From the NCBI RefSeq assembly GCF_006345805.1, contig NC_043002.1:96410001-96474000 (forward strand): DNA of 64,000 nt, in the 5' to 3' direction. Of this stretch, positions 1 to 9,850 are shown in pieces (position 1 is the stretch's first letter; each line of letters begins with the position of its first letter). Source of the DNA: Octopus sinensis. Lineage: Eukaryota. Made by a program: the position numbers and the translations under genes. Below the pieces are notes generated by a model. The model saw only the letters and a list, made by a program, of their open reading frames with translations, was not told where the DNA came from and made no database searches.

Positions 1-194
1 GTGACTATGCAACAGCAAAACTTAGTTGTACTCATATATCAACCCGTCTGTAACCAAAGATGTTTTCAACATCACCAAAAAAATGTAGTACACATCGTCA
101 TCCAGTGAGAAAGATAACAGGAAATAGAACTCTTGCAGTGGCTGATACAATAAAAATGATGTGGATGAAGAATAATGATTAAGCAAATACTTAC

Positions 195-310
195 AATTGC
201 TGCTGAAGCTTCATAGCCATTGGTGATCCATGACTTGGTACCATTTAGCACCCAATGGTCACCATGCAGGTGTGCAACTGTTGATGCTGCAGCTGCATCA
301 CTCCCATTAC
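195..310 (-). CDS. ACADS: Short-chain specific acyl-CoA dehydrogenase, coding exon 5 (gene continues off the left edge)
   Basis: Translates (G)[38 protein letters not shown], matching the ACAD GSDA and NGTKxWITN motifs. Acceptor tcattcag| and donor |GTAAGT are present. Phase 1 start matches the end of exon 4. Confidence 0.95.
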
Positions 311-780
311 CTGAATGATAAATAGACAGATTTAAATAGAATCTTATCACTAAGTTTCATGCTATAAATTCATAGAGGTCTGGCTCACATACACACACGA
401 ATAAAAAAGCTACAAGCAAGAACTGTAGGTGTACAAGGAATAAAAGGAATGTTTAACATCATCATTTAACATCCTTTTTCCTCTGCTGGCATGGGTTGGA
501 CAGTTTGATAGGAACTGATGAGCTCCAATGTCTGGTTTGGCATGGTTTCTATCGCTGGTGCCTTTCCTGATACCGATTACTTTACAGAATGTACTACGTA
601 GTTTTCTTTCCTTTTTTTTAAAATTTTTATTTCATGGCACCAACACTTGTGAGGTTGCCAAGTACTCACAAGACAAGACCCCCTCAACCGAGTGGAGTAT
701 AGTATTGAAGGATGTGAAAATATGAAAGAGGGACAAGAACAAGTATCTTACTGAAGAGGTGAATACATGGGTTCCTCAGC

Positions 781-789
781 TGGAGAGAG

Positions 790-851
<62 letters not shown>
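781..851. repeat. (GA)n microsatellite
   Basis: About 70 nt of nearly pure GA repeat. Confidence 0.95.
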
Positions 852-859
<8 letters not shown>

Positions 860-1585
860 TGGTGAGGGCATACTTTCAAAGTTCAAGGTGAATATGCGAG
901 AGAGAGAATAGGGATAGGGGAACAGAAAAGGTGAGTGAGTAGGTAGGTGTAAAAGAGTGAGAAAGTGTGGACAGGCACAACAGGATTGCACTACTCTTGC
1001 CTTACTTTCCTCCAATAGTGGCTTTTTTTTTTTTATAAGCATTTCTCTTTTAGGACTGAATTAATTCTTGAAGACTTTCTTGAACTCTAATGATTATCTT
1101 TGATTATCAGATAAATCGTCACTATATAAATCATATGCAAAAACTCAGTTTTCTAATAACACTTTAGCCATTTTCAGGAAAGAATTATAACTCTAAAAAT
1201 ATTTTATATAAAATTAACAAAATAGTTAGAAATAGAGAAGATGAAAGTGATTTATGCTAATTGAATGACCAACTTATATCTCATTAGACAATAATATGGA
1301 TAGTATAGGGGTCATGAGTTACTAAGGTCCTTGGACATCTTATTAGCTTTGGCATCAAGACCAAATAAACTAGTTGGCTCAACAGCAAGTAGAGTTAGTT
1401 TTCCTTACCCAAAGCTCAAGATAATTATCACAGAATATGATACTGTTATCTATAAACAATCTATAACCAAGAAAACTTTAATATATCAGATGTAATTTTT
1501 CAATATTACCTCATCATTAAATGATATACTCTGGTATGTAGTTAACAAATGTGATATTTTCTTAGTTATTATCACTTATTTACAA

Positions 1586-1802
1586 GGTGGGGAGCTGGAA
1601 GAAACATTAGCATGCTGGACAAAATGTTTAGTGGCATTTTGCCTGTCTTTATGTTGTGAGTTCAAATTCCACTTAGGCCAACTTTGTCTTTCATCCTTTT
1701 GGGGTCAATAAAATAAGTAAAAGTTGAGCACTGGGATTGATATAATTGACTAGACCACTCCTCCAAAATTTCAGGCCTTGTGACTATAAAAGAATGGATT
1801 AT
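1586..1802 (+). mobile_element. tRNA-derived SINE (octopus OK-like family), decayed copy
   Basis: ggtggggagctgg...gagttcaaattcc (B-box-like)...ctttcatcctttt ggggtc...aataagta. Homologous to 3218-3451, with CpGs decayed. Confidence 0.75.
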
Positions 1803-3217
1803 CATCTGTTTATATGTTCCCAACTTAATATTTAGCTTTTCTTAAACTAAATAAATTTCTCTGTTATCCCTGATATACTTAGGTGTTTTCTTGACCTTGA
1901 CCTAATACTTTACAAGACACTCTTATCTAATGTACATAAAACGTTTTATTTTTTATTTAACTGCACTACCTAACTTATTCTTCTCATAAAGTAATTTCTG
2001 ATGTCTGCACTTCTCATATACAGGTTTAGTGGGTTCGTTTGATGATGCATATTACAAATTGCTTGTCTTTCAATTACAAGACAGAACTCTCATCATGATT
2101 TCCATTGGCATTTTAAAACTTCTCCAATAAAACACAACAAAAACTTGATAACATACTAACACTTTTGTTAACATTTGAAATATCTACGTAATTGAGATAA
2201 GGAACCTATTTACAACTTCATTGTCCTTGTATCTCTAATAACTCAACTGTCACCATTATTATCAGCTTAATGCCACATCAACTGAAGACAAATGTGCTGG
2301 CTTAGAAACTAATATATTTCTATCTCTTCTCTTTTATTACAATTACTTGACTTCTTTCACTCTTGTTTTCGCCTTCCTCATTATACTACAATTTTCCACA
2401 ATTATGAAACCTGCATAACAATTAATCACTTTCTCTGCAATCACGTATATAAAGAAAGACATTTTTTTCAGTAAATTCAATTTTTAAAATTATTTTCATA
2501 ACCCTTTCATTTCTATATTCTTAATATATACTATTAAGATATACTATTCATATGTTTTAATTAATTTTGAAATAATCTGAAGTTTTAAGGAATTTTGTCA
2601 AATAATTAGTATTTTCATGATTAATTTGGTTTTTGGAACATAACTTAAAAAGGATCTTACATATCAATTATGTTTTAATTTAAAGCTGAAGACTTCAAAA
2701 CAAGAATTTTAGTATCAAAGATATCAACCAATTTGAGTTCTAGGATATAAAATCAATTTCTTTTGAATTAAAGAACTCAAGTAGGTTGGTATCAAACAAG
2801 GTTAAGTAAATAAGGTTATCTAATAAAGGCTATTATTAAAGGAGACTTTTTTTCCCCTAAAATGATGCAGATATGGCAGTGTAGTGAAGAAGTTTGCTTT
2901 GCAACCATGTGATTCCAGGTTTGCTCACACAGTATAGCATCTTGAGTGAGCACCTTCTGTTATAGCTTTGGTTGGTCAATGTCTTAGACAGGAACTATAC
3001 AGACACAAGATACAGACATAAGGTACAGCATGAAATGGTGAAAGTTAATCTCAGCATGTTGTTGAGCATCACAAAGGAGATGACCAGGACCAGTAACATG
3101 GTGAGATGCTGTGATGTAACAGACTTGTCCAAACCACACCCTCATAAAAAAAAATAAACCAGGCATGTAATGATAAATGGTATAAAGGAAATATAGAAAC
3201 AAAGATGATAACAGAGA

Positions 3218-3451
3218 AGGCGGCGAGCTGGCAGAACCGTTAGCACGCCGGGCGAAATGCTTAGCGGTATTTCGCCTGTCGTTACGTTGTGAGTTCAAAT
3301 TCCGCCGCGGTTGACTTTGCCTTTCATCCTTTTGGGGTCGACAAATTAAGTACCAGTTCCGCACTGGGGTCAATGTAATCGACTTAATACCTATGTCTGT
3401 CCTTGTTTGTCCCCTCTATGTTTAGCCCCTTGTGGGTAATAAAGAAATAGA
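3218..3451 (+). mobile_element. tRNA-derived SINE (OK-like), young CpG-rich copy
   Basis: ggcggcgagctggcagaaccgttagcacgccgggcg...gagttcaaattccgccg. Retains many CpGs that other copies have lost. Further decayed copies near 21555-21770, 44080-44680, 48770-49120, 49770-49950, 51650-52040 and 57330-57450. Confidence 0.8.
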
Positions 3452-3784
3452 TAACAGCCAGTTCAAACCCATTAATAGATAATTACAAATTTGATAATTT
3501 ACTCTTTTGTAATGAAGTAATGACCTCCAACCAAGAACATGAAATTGCACTTAATGGAAAGATTCCCCAACAACTGAAGTCTTTTTATAGCAATTAAGAA
3601 AGTTGTAACAGACTAAGTTAATAGAGGAAACTTACATTTATGTTTTGGTTATATTTACTGATTTATGTAAAGTAATTTCCAATTAACTGGGTATAAGAGA
3701 AATGTGTAAGAGTTCTGTATTGCACTCTATGTCTGAGTTGGTATGGACATGTGATCTATATGGAAGATGATAGATGGATAGAGT

Positions 3785-3950
3785 GTCAAGCAGTCTAAGT
3801 GAAAGGAATTTGCAGGAGAATAAAACCAAGGAAGGTAAGGGAAGAAACAGTGAAAACTGATCTCAGGTGGCTTGTCCTCTTGAAGGAGATGACAAAAAAT
3901 TGCAACAAGGTGACAGATCTTCTCTGATAGACAAAGCCTGTTCATAATTG
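3785..3950 (+). mobile_element. RTE-clade LINE ORF2 C-terminal remnant
   Basis: Degenerate translation resembling ...KPRK(TW)EETVKTDL(R)...EMTKN, like the RTE C-terminal RGRPRKTWxExVxxDL motif. Frame is broken. Confidence 0.45.
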
Positions 3951-4072
3951 TGTTAGAAATTTCCACAATAACCATTCAATTACTGCATCTTGTTGTAAAT
4001 TTGGACTCAGCCCGCAATAAATCTGATTATTTTAATGAGATTTCACAGTAAACATTATCAACAATACATTAC

Positions 4073-4184
4073 CTGGTTCACTTAAGGCAAAACATCCTAT
4101 TTTATCTCCATCTATGTAAGATGAGATGTATTCTTTTTTCTGTGATGAATTTCCAAAGTCTTTAATTGGTGCTAAGTAAAGAGA
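4073..4184 (-). CDS. ACADS: ACADS coding exon 4 (112 nt; not in the ORF track)
   Basis: [37 protein letters not shown](G), compared with human [38 protein letters not shown] as recalled. Acceptor cttcag| and donor |GTAATG; phases 0/1. Confidence 0.95.
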
Positions 4185-4745
4185 CTGAAGGTTAGAATAA
4201 AATTAATCCGTTGAGAATTTTTTTTTTATCATAATATATCAATTTGGGGTATTGTTCTAAGAAACTATTTTTCTTTACTCATTAAAATAATTTGGCATTT
4301 CTAAATTTGAATGGATGAAATGAGATTACTGAGAACAACTGTATATTAATATCAATGTTTGAAATGAATTATTAGCAAGTAGTTTGGAACTTCTGAACTG
4401 ATCAACCAAATAACTTACATTTCTGTTTACACATTTTGATTAGTAAATATTCGTATCTATAGGTGCAACAGTTCAACATTTATTCAACTTCTTTACCTGA
4501 GCTGGAACTTGGTTATGACATTCGCTCTTTTTGCATTCAGTTATTATTTTACTAATTTCAGTCATGATGGGGAATCACTTTCGAGGATTTTAGTCGATTG
4601 ATCATATCAATCTCACTATATATTTCAATCTGGGTTCTCCTTTTAGTGATCTCTATATGGTAAATGGCTAAGTTATCTTTTAACATAAATGGAGGCAACT
4701 TGACACACTTTTACATAATCATATACAAACATTCATGCAAATATT

Positions 4746-5175
4746 GGATCTTTTTCGTTTGAACGACAGTTTTTAACATAATTTCTAGGTTATTTTAAAA
4801 TATTTTAAACTTCGTATACTGATAGAATGTGTTTATAAAACATCTTTTTCTCTTGGCTTTATTGAGAAAATTCTATAGTTTGTAAGATATTTGTTGGTTT
4901 TTTTCTTCAATTTCTGCAATTTCAACCAATCACTGACGTCTATTGAGGTAAAAAAACATTCTGTGCCGAATGAATATGTCCCTCGTTTAAGAAACAGATT
5001 GGGTTTATTTACACTTGTGAAGAAAAAAACTACCCTTCCCCCCACCCCTAACCCTAACTAACCCTAACCCTAAAACAGATTGGAATGCAATAGATCGATA
5101 CTAGGGTCATAATTATGAGTGACAATTTCATATGACACCGCTAGAAAAAAACTGCCGTTCAAACCGAAAAGATCC
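4746..5175. mobile_element. MITE with GGATCTTTT TIRs and internal (CCCTAA)-like repeats, copy 1
   Basis: ggatctttttcgtttgaacgacagttttt ... aaaaactgccgttcaaaccgaaaagatcc. Near-identical to 31556-31966. Confidence 0.85.
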
Positions 5176-5829
5176 GAAATATTTATATATGTGCATGTGT
5201 TTTTGTGTGTTTGTTTGTGTACATGTGTGGCCTAGTGTTGGGCCCATGGTAGTATGGTTTAGCAGCTTTGATAATGTGATCACTGCCATCTATTATTGAA
5301 ATAATCTGTAAAGGGGCCTTTTCTAGCCTAAAATGAATTATTCTGTCACACTCTTTGACGACCTATATTACTTATGTTATTCAATTCTCTGTTAGCAGTG
5401 TGACTATTTTACCAGGTCCAGTGTGGCACCACCTTGGAGAGTTTAGTAGAATAAATCGTTCCCCAGTTGCCATGATAGATCGTTAGCCACTACACACACT
5501 TGTTTTTTCTGTGTCCCTTTCTGTAGAAGAGCGTAGGCTTGAAATGTAAAAGACTTTTTCTATTCCTGAGCGTTATACTAATACATCTGTTTGTTTTGTA
5601 CACCACCTGTCTTCGTCTTTTTAGTTTTTTCGTAAACTCTCCCTTTAAAATTTAACTTCCAACTTTCCTCTAGTAGTTAGCATATGCCTATACTCCGCTA
5701 TTCTAGCATCGCTATAATTTCTCCCAGGGCTACCTTATATATTGTGTCAGTAATATAGCTCAAAACATGTCATCAAATATACAAATGATGAGATTGTTAT
5801 TAGTCAAGCTTAAACTATTCTGACATTTG

Positions 5830-6140
5830 AAGGTGTGTGGCTTAGGGGTTAGGGTATTCGGCTCATGATTGTAAGGTAGTGAGTTTGATTCCCGGCAGTG
5901 GATTGTTTCCTCGAACAAGACACTGTATTTCACATTGCTCCAGTCCACTCAGCTGCATTTCAAAGGAATAGCCTTGTCACATTCTGTGTCATGCTGAATC
6001 CCGCCTGAGAACTATGTTAAGGGTATGCATGTCTGTAGAGTGCTCAGTCACTTATATGTTACATGTTAATTTCTTGAGCAGGCTATTCTGTTGATCAGAT
6101 CAACTGGAACCCTAGTTGTCATAACTGACAGGGTGCCAAT
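5830..6140 (+). mobile_element. tRNA-headed SINE of a third family (duplicated at ~7296-7603)
   Basis: Head gtgtgtggcttaggggttaggg...gtttgattcccggc; central aagacactgtatttcac...gctccagtccactcagctg. An inverted tail homolog lies near 45340-45510. Confidence 0.6.
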
Positions 6141-6397
6141 TTTATTCTGACATTTACATAAAGGTACGTACATCCTCTTGATTTAACTTGGTTTTACAAA
6201 CTATTTTGTAATTTGTGACTTCATATGATGCAATCTAACTAAACAAACTAAGCACTGAAAAAAAAAAATATATTAATGATTTCAGTGGACAATAATGAAA
6301 TATTTATAATATTGCAGTAATCATATTTTTTGAGAATCTTTAACAAGGCAAAAAAAAAAAAAAAAAAAAAAAAAAAGGAAGAATTTTGAAAACTTAC

Positions 6398-6547
6398 ATT
6401 ATTGACACTCATAATAACTCCACATGTAGCACAACCACGACTAATCTCTTCCATTGCTATAGCATAAGCAAGAGAATCTAATCCAGTGCCACCATCTTCT
6501 GAAGGTATAGTAATAGCCAAAAGTCCAAGGTCCCCGAGTTTTTTTAT
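6398..6547 (-). CDS. ACADS: ACADS exon 3, downstream duplicate copy (150 nt)
   Basis: [50 protein letters not shown], identical by eye to 7863-8012, with intact attcag| and |GTAAGT sites. Whether it is used, or is real rather than an assembly artefact, cannot be seen from sequence. Confidence 0.7.
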
Positions 6548-6649
6548 CTGAATGTCAAAAGATAAATTATTATACATAAATGTGACTATGTTAGCATACA
6601 CACACACACAAATACATATATACATTTTATATATATATATAATATATAT

Positions 6650-6695
<46 letters not shown>

Positions 6696-6700
6696 ATAAC

Positions 6701-7111
6701 GGGAAGCTTTATGAAAATAGACAAAAGACGAAGGCAGGTTTACGGAAATAAACAAAAGACGAAGGCAGGTGGAATACAATCAAACAATTGTATTAGTATG
6801 GCGCTTAGGAAATATAAATAAAACAAGTCTTTAACGTTTCGAGCCTACGCTCTTCAACAGAAAGATACACAGAGAAAAAACACAGAAAGAAGGAGAGAAA
6901 AAAAATATGCGTGCAGAGGCTAGCGAATCGCCATAGATCGTTAGCCACTACACACATTTTTTTTCTCTCCTTGTTTTCTGTGTCCTTTCTGTAGAAGAGC
7001 GTAGGCTTGAAATGTAAAAGACTTTTTCTATTCCTGAGCGTTATACTAATACATCTGTTTGTTTTGTACACCACCTGTCTTCGTCTTTTTATTTTTTTCG
7101 TAAACTCTCCC
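6701..7111. mobile_element. Foldback (palindromic) non-autonomous element, copy 1, with Penelope-LTR-like hammerhead motifs
   Basis: GGG...CCC termini. The left arm (6701-~6930) is an imperfect reverse complement of the right arm (6933-7111), e.g. tttcgagcctacgctcttc versus gaagagcgtaggcttgaaa. Confidence 0.75.
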
Positions 7112-7862
7112 TTTAAAATTTAACTTCCAACTTTCCTCTAGTAGTTAGCATATGCCTATACTCCGCTATTCTAGCATCGCTATAATTTCTCCCAGGGCTA
7201 CCTTATATATTGTGTCAGTAATATAGCTCAAAACATGTCATCAAATATACAAATGATGAGATTGTTATTAGTCAAGCTTAAACTATTCTGACATTGAAGG
7301 TGTGTGGCTTAGGGGTTAGGGTATTCGGCTCATGATTGTAAGGTAGTGAGTTTGATTCCCGGCAGTGGATTGTTTCCTCGAACAAGACACTGTATTTCAC
7401 ATTGCTCAAGTCCACTCAGCTGTATTTCAAAGGAATAGCCTTGTCACATTCTGTGTCATGCTGAATCCCGCCTGAGAACTATGTTAAGGGTATGCATGTC
7501 TGTAGAGTGCTCAGTCACTTATATGTTACATGTTAATTTCTTGAGCAGGCTATTCTGTTGATCAGATCAACTGGAACCCTAGTTGTCATAACTGACAGGG
7601 TGCCAATTTTATTCTGACATTTACATAAAGGTACGTACATCCTCTTGATTTAACTTGGTTTTACAAACTATTTTGTAATTTGTGACTTCATATGATGCAA
7701 TCTAACTAAACAAACTAAGCACTGAAAAAAAAAATATATTAATGATTTCAGTGGACAATAATGAAATATTTATAATATTGCAGTAATCATATTTTTTGAG
7801 AATCTTTAACAAGGCAAAAAAAAAAAAAAAAAAAAAAAAAAAGAAGAATTTTGAAAACTTAC

Positions 7863-8012
7863 ATTATTGACACTCATAATAACTCCACATGTAGCACAAC
7901 CACGACTAATCTCTTCCATTGCTATAGCATAAGCAAGAGAATCTAATCCAGTGCCACCATCTTCTGAAGGTATAGTAATAGCCAAAAGTCCAAGGTCCCC
8001 GAGTTTTTTTAT
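7863..8012 (-). CDS. ACADS: ACADS exon 3, upstream copy (150 nt)
   Basis: Same peptide, with the [10 protein letters not shown] signature of SCAD-type ACADs. Phase 0/0 and canonical splice sites. Confidence 0.92.
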
Positions 8013-8086
8013 CTGAATGTCAAAAGATAAATTATTATACATAAATGTGACTATGTTAGCATACACACACACACAAATACATATAT

Positions 8087-8127
<41 letters not shown>

Positions 8128-8128
8128 C

Positions 8129-8543
8129 GGGAAGCTTTATGAAAATAGACAAAAGACGAAGGCAGGTTTACGGAAATAAACAAAAGACGAAGGCAGGTGG
8201 AATACAATCAAACAATTGTATTAGTATGGCGCTTAGGAAATATAAATAAAACAAGTCTTTAACGTTTCGAGCCTACGCTCTTCAACAGAAAGATACACAG
8301 AGAAAAAACACAGAAAGAAGGAGAGAAAAAAAATATGCGTGCAGAGGCTAGCGAATCGCCATAGATCGTTAGCCACTACACACATTTTTTTTCTCTCCTT
8401 GTTTTCTGTGTCCCTTTCTGTAGAAGAGCGTAGGCTCGAAACGTAAAAGACTTTTTCTATTCCTGAGCGTTATACTAATACATCTGTTTGTTTTGTACAC
8501 CACCTGTCTGCGTCTTTTGTTGTTTTTTTTCGTAAACTCTCCC
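8129..8543. mobile_element. Foldback element, copy 2, embedded in (TA)n
   Basis: Same architecture as copy 1, with arms 8129-~8357 and 8361-8543. A lone right-arm copy also lies at 5475-5643. Confidence 0.75.
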
Positions 8544-8911
8544 TATATATATATATAATCCATATAAGAAGAGAAAGAGATGTTAACACATTTTTAATGA
8601 TCAGCTGCAATTGTTTCTGTAGTAATTCTGCTTTCAGCACCAGTTCATGCGCAAAAGCTCCAAGTGAAAATTTACATATCATCAAAGATCATTAAAGACA
8701 TGTCAAAGCGTTTCTCTGTCTTTTCGTTTGGATTATATTTCACTCTATGTTAAGCCCACACAATTGTTTTACCATTGTAAAACCTGAATTTTCTATGCCT
8801 GAAAAATTTTGATATTAGTCTGAAATCTGACAGTGTACGTAGCATAAAACTTGGGTTGAGTGCTGCATTGGAAATACCCTATCTTTCTACCCTCCCAGGA
8901 CCTTATATACA

Positions 8912-9165
8912 TCATCATCATCATCATCATCATCGTTTAACGTCCGCTTTCCATGCTAGCATGGGTTGGACGGTTCAACTGGGGTCTGGGAAGCCAGAAG
9001 GCTGCACCAGGCCCAGTCTGATCTGGCAGTGTTTCTACAGCTGGATGCCCTTCCTAACGCCAACCACTCCGTGAGTGTAGTGTGTGCTTTTTACGTGCCA
9101 CCGGCACAGGTGCCAGACGAGGCTGGCAAGCGGCCACGATCGGATGGTGCTTTTTACGTGCCACC
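8912..9165 (-). mobile_element. RTE-type LINE 3' end with (ATG)n tail
   Basis: (CAT)n cgtttaacgtccgctttccatgctagcatgggttggacgg...ggatgcccttcctaacgccaacc. Highly similar copies at ~10065-10335, 12160-12325, 20605-20945 and 54840-54985 (same orientation), and ~24770-24935, 29130-29320 and 61805-61945 (opposite). Extended copies join RTE-like coding (LGLTEAMT..D..LW). Confidence 0.75.
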
Positions 9166-9169
9166 AATT

Positions 9170-9250
<81 letters not shown>

Positions 9251-9439
9251 GATATATATCATCATTGTTTTCGGGTCCAATGCTCTTTCTGGGATCACCC
9301 TCACTTGTTTCCAAGCAAAGTTATATTTACCTGTCTTTTGCAGCTGAATAGCACAATGGCTGGACATGTTTTCATAAGGAATGGAAAATGAACAACATCA
9401 CTTGTATGTTGGTGATGTCTGTTTACAATTAGACAAGCA

Positions 9440-9614
9440 CAGGTGTGGCTGTTTGGTAAAAAGCTTGCTTCCTGACCACATGCTTCTGGGTTCAATCCCA
9501 CTGTGTGGCACTTTGGGTGTCTTCTACTGTAGCCTTGGGCTGACCAAAGCCTTATGAGAGGATTTGGTAGATGGAAACTGGAAGAAGCATGTCATATATT
9601 TATACATATGTATG

Positions 9615-9675
<61 letters not shown>

Positions 9676-9850
9676 GTGTGTGCCTTTGTGTCTGCGTTTG
9701 TCCCACACCACTGCTTGACAACCAGTGTCGGTATGTTTGTATCTTCATAACTTAGCAGTTTGTCAAAAGAGACCAATAGAATAACTACCAGGCTTAACAA
9801 AAAGATAAGTACTGGGGTCGATTCATTCAACTAAAAAGTTCTTCAAGTTA
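9440..9850 (+). mobile_element. Bipartite tRNA-derived SINE with central (TA)/(CA) microsatellite
   Basis: Head gtgtggctgtttggtaaaaagcttgcttcc...gggttcaatcccactg, then (TA)n, then tail ...aagtactggggtcgattc...gtgccccagca. Minus-strand copies at ~14400-14730, 15490-15895, 34090-34560, 39290-39680, 42940-43360 and 62620-62770. Confidence 0.75.

Larger units (their letters stand above)
5475..8360. repeat. Tandem duplication, two ~1.43-1.46 kb units (5475-6932, 6933-8360), each containing a SINE and ACADS exon 3
   Basis: The two units are nearly identical. Differences seen: catttgaag/cattgaag, ctccagtcc/ctcaagtcc, ctgcattt/ctgtattt, and homopolymer and (TA)n lengths. Confidence 0.95.

Noticed and set aside
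3218-3320. tRNA-like A/B boxes here and in other SINE heads
   Set aside because: No complete cloverleaf; each runs into a SINE body present in many copies.
5041-5075. (CCCTAA)-like repeats suggesting a telomere or fusion site
   Set aside because: Only 3-4 imperfect units, and they are internal to a MITE that recurs at 31.8 kb.
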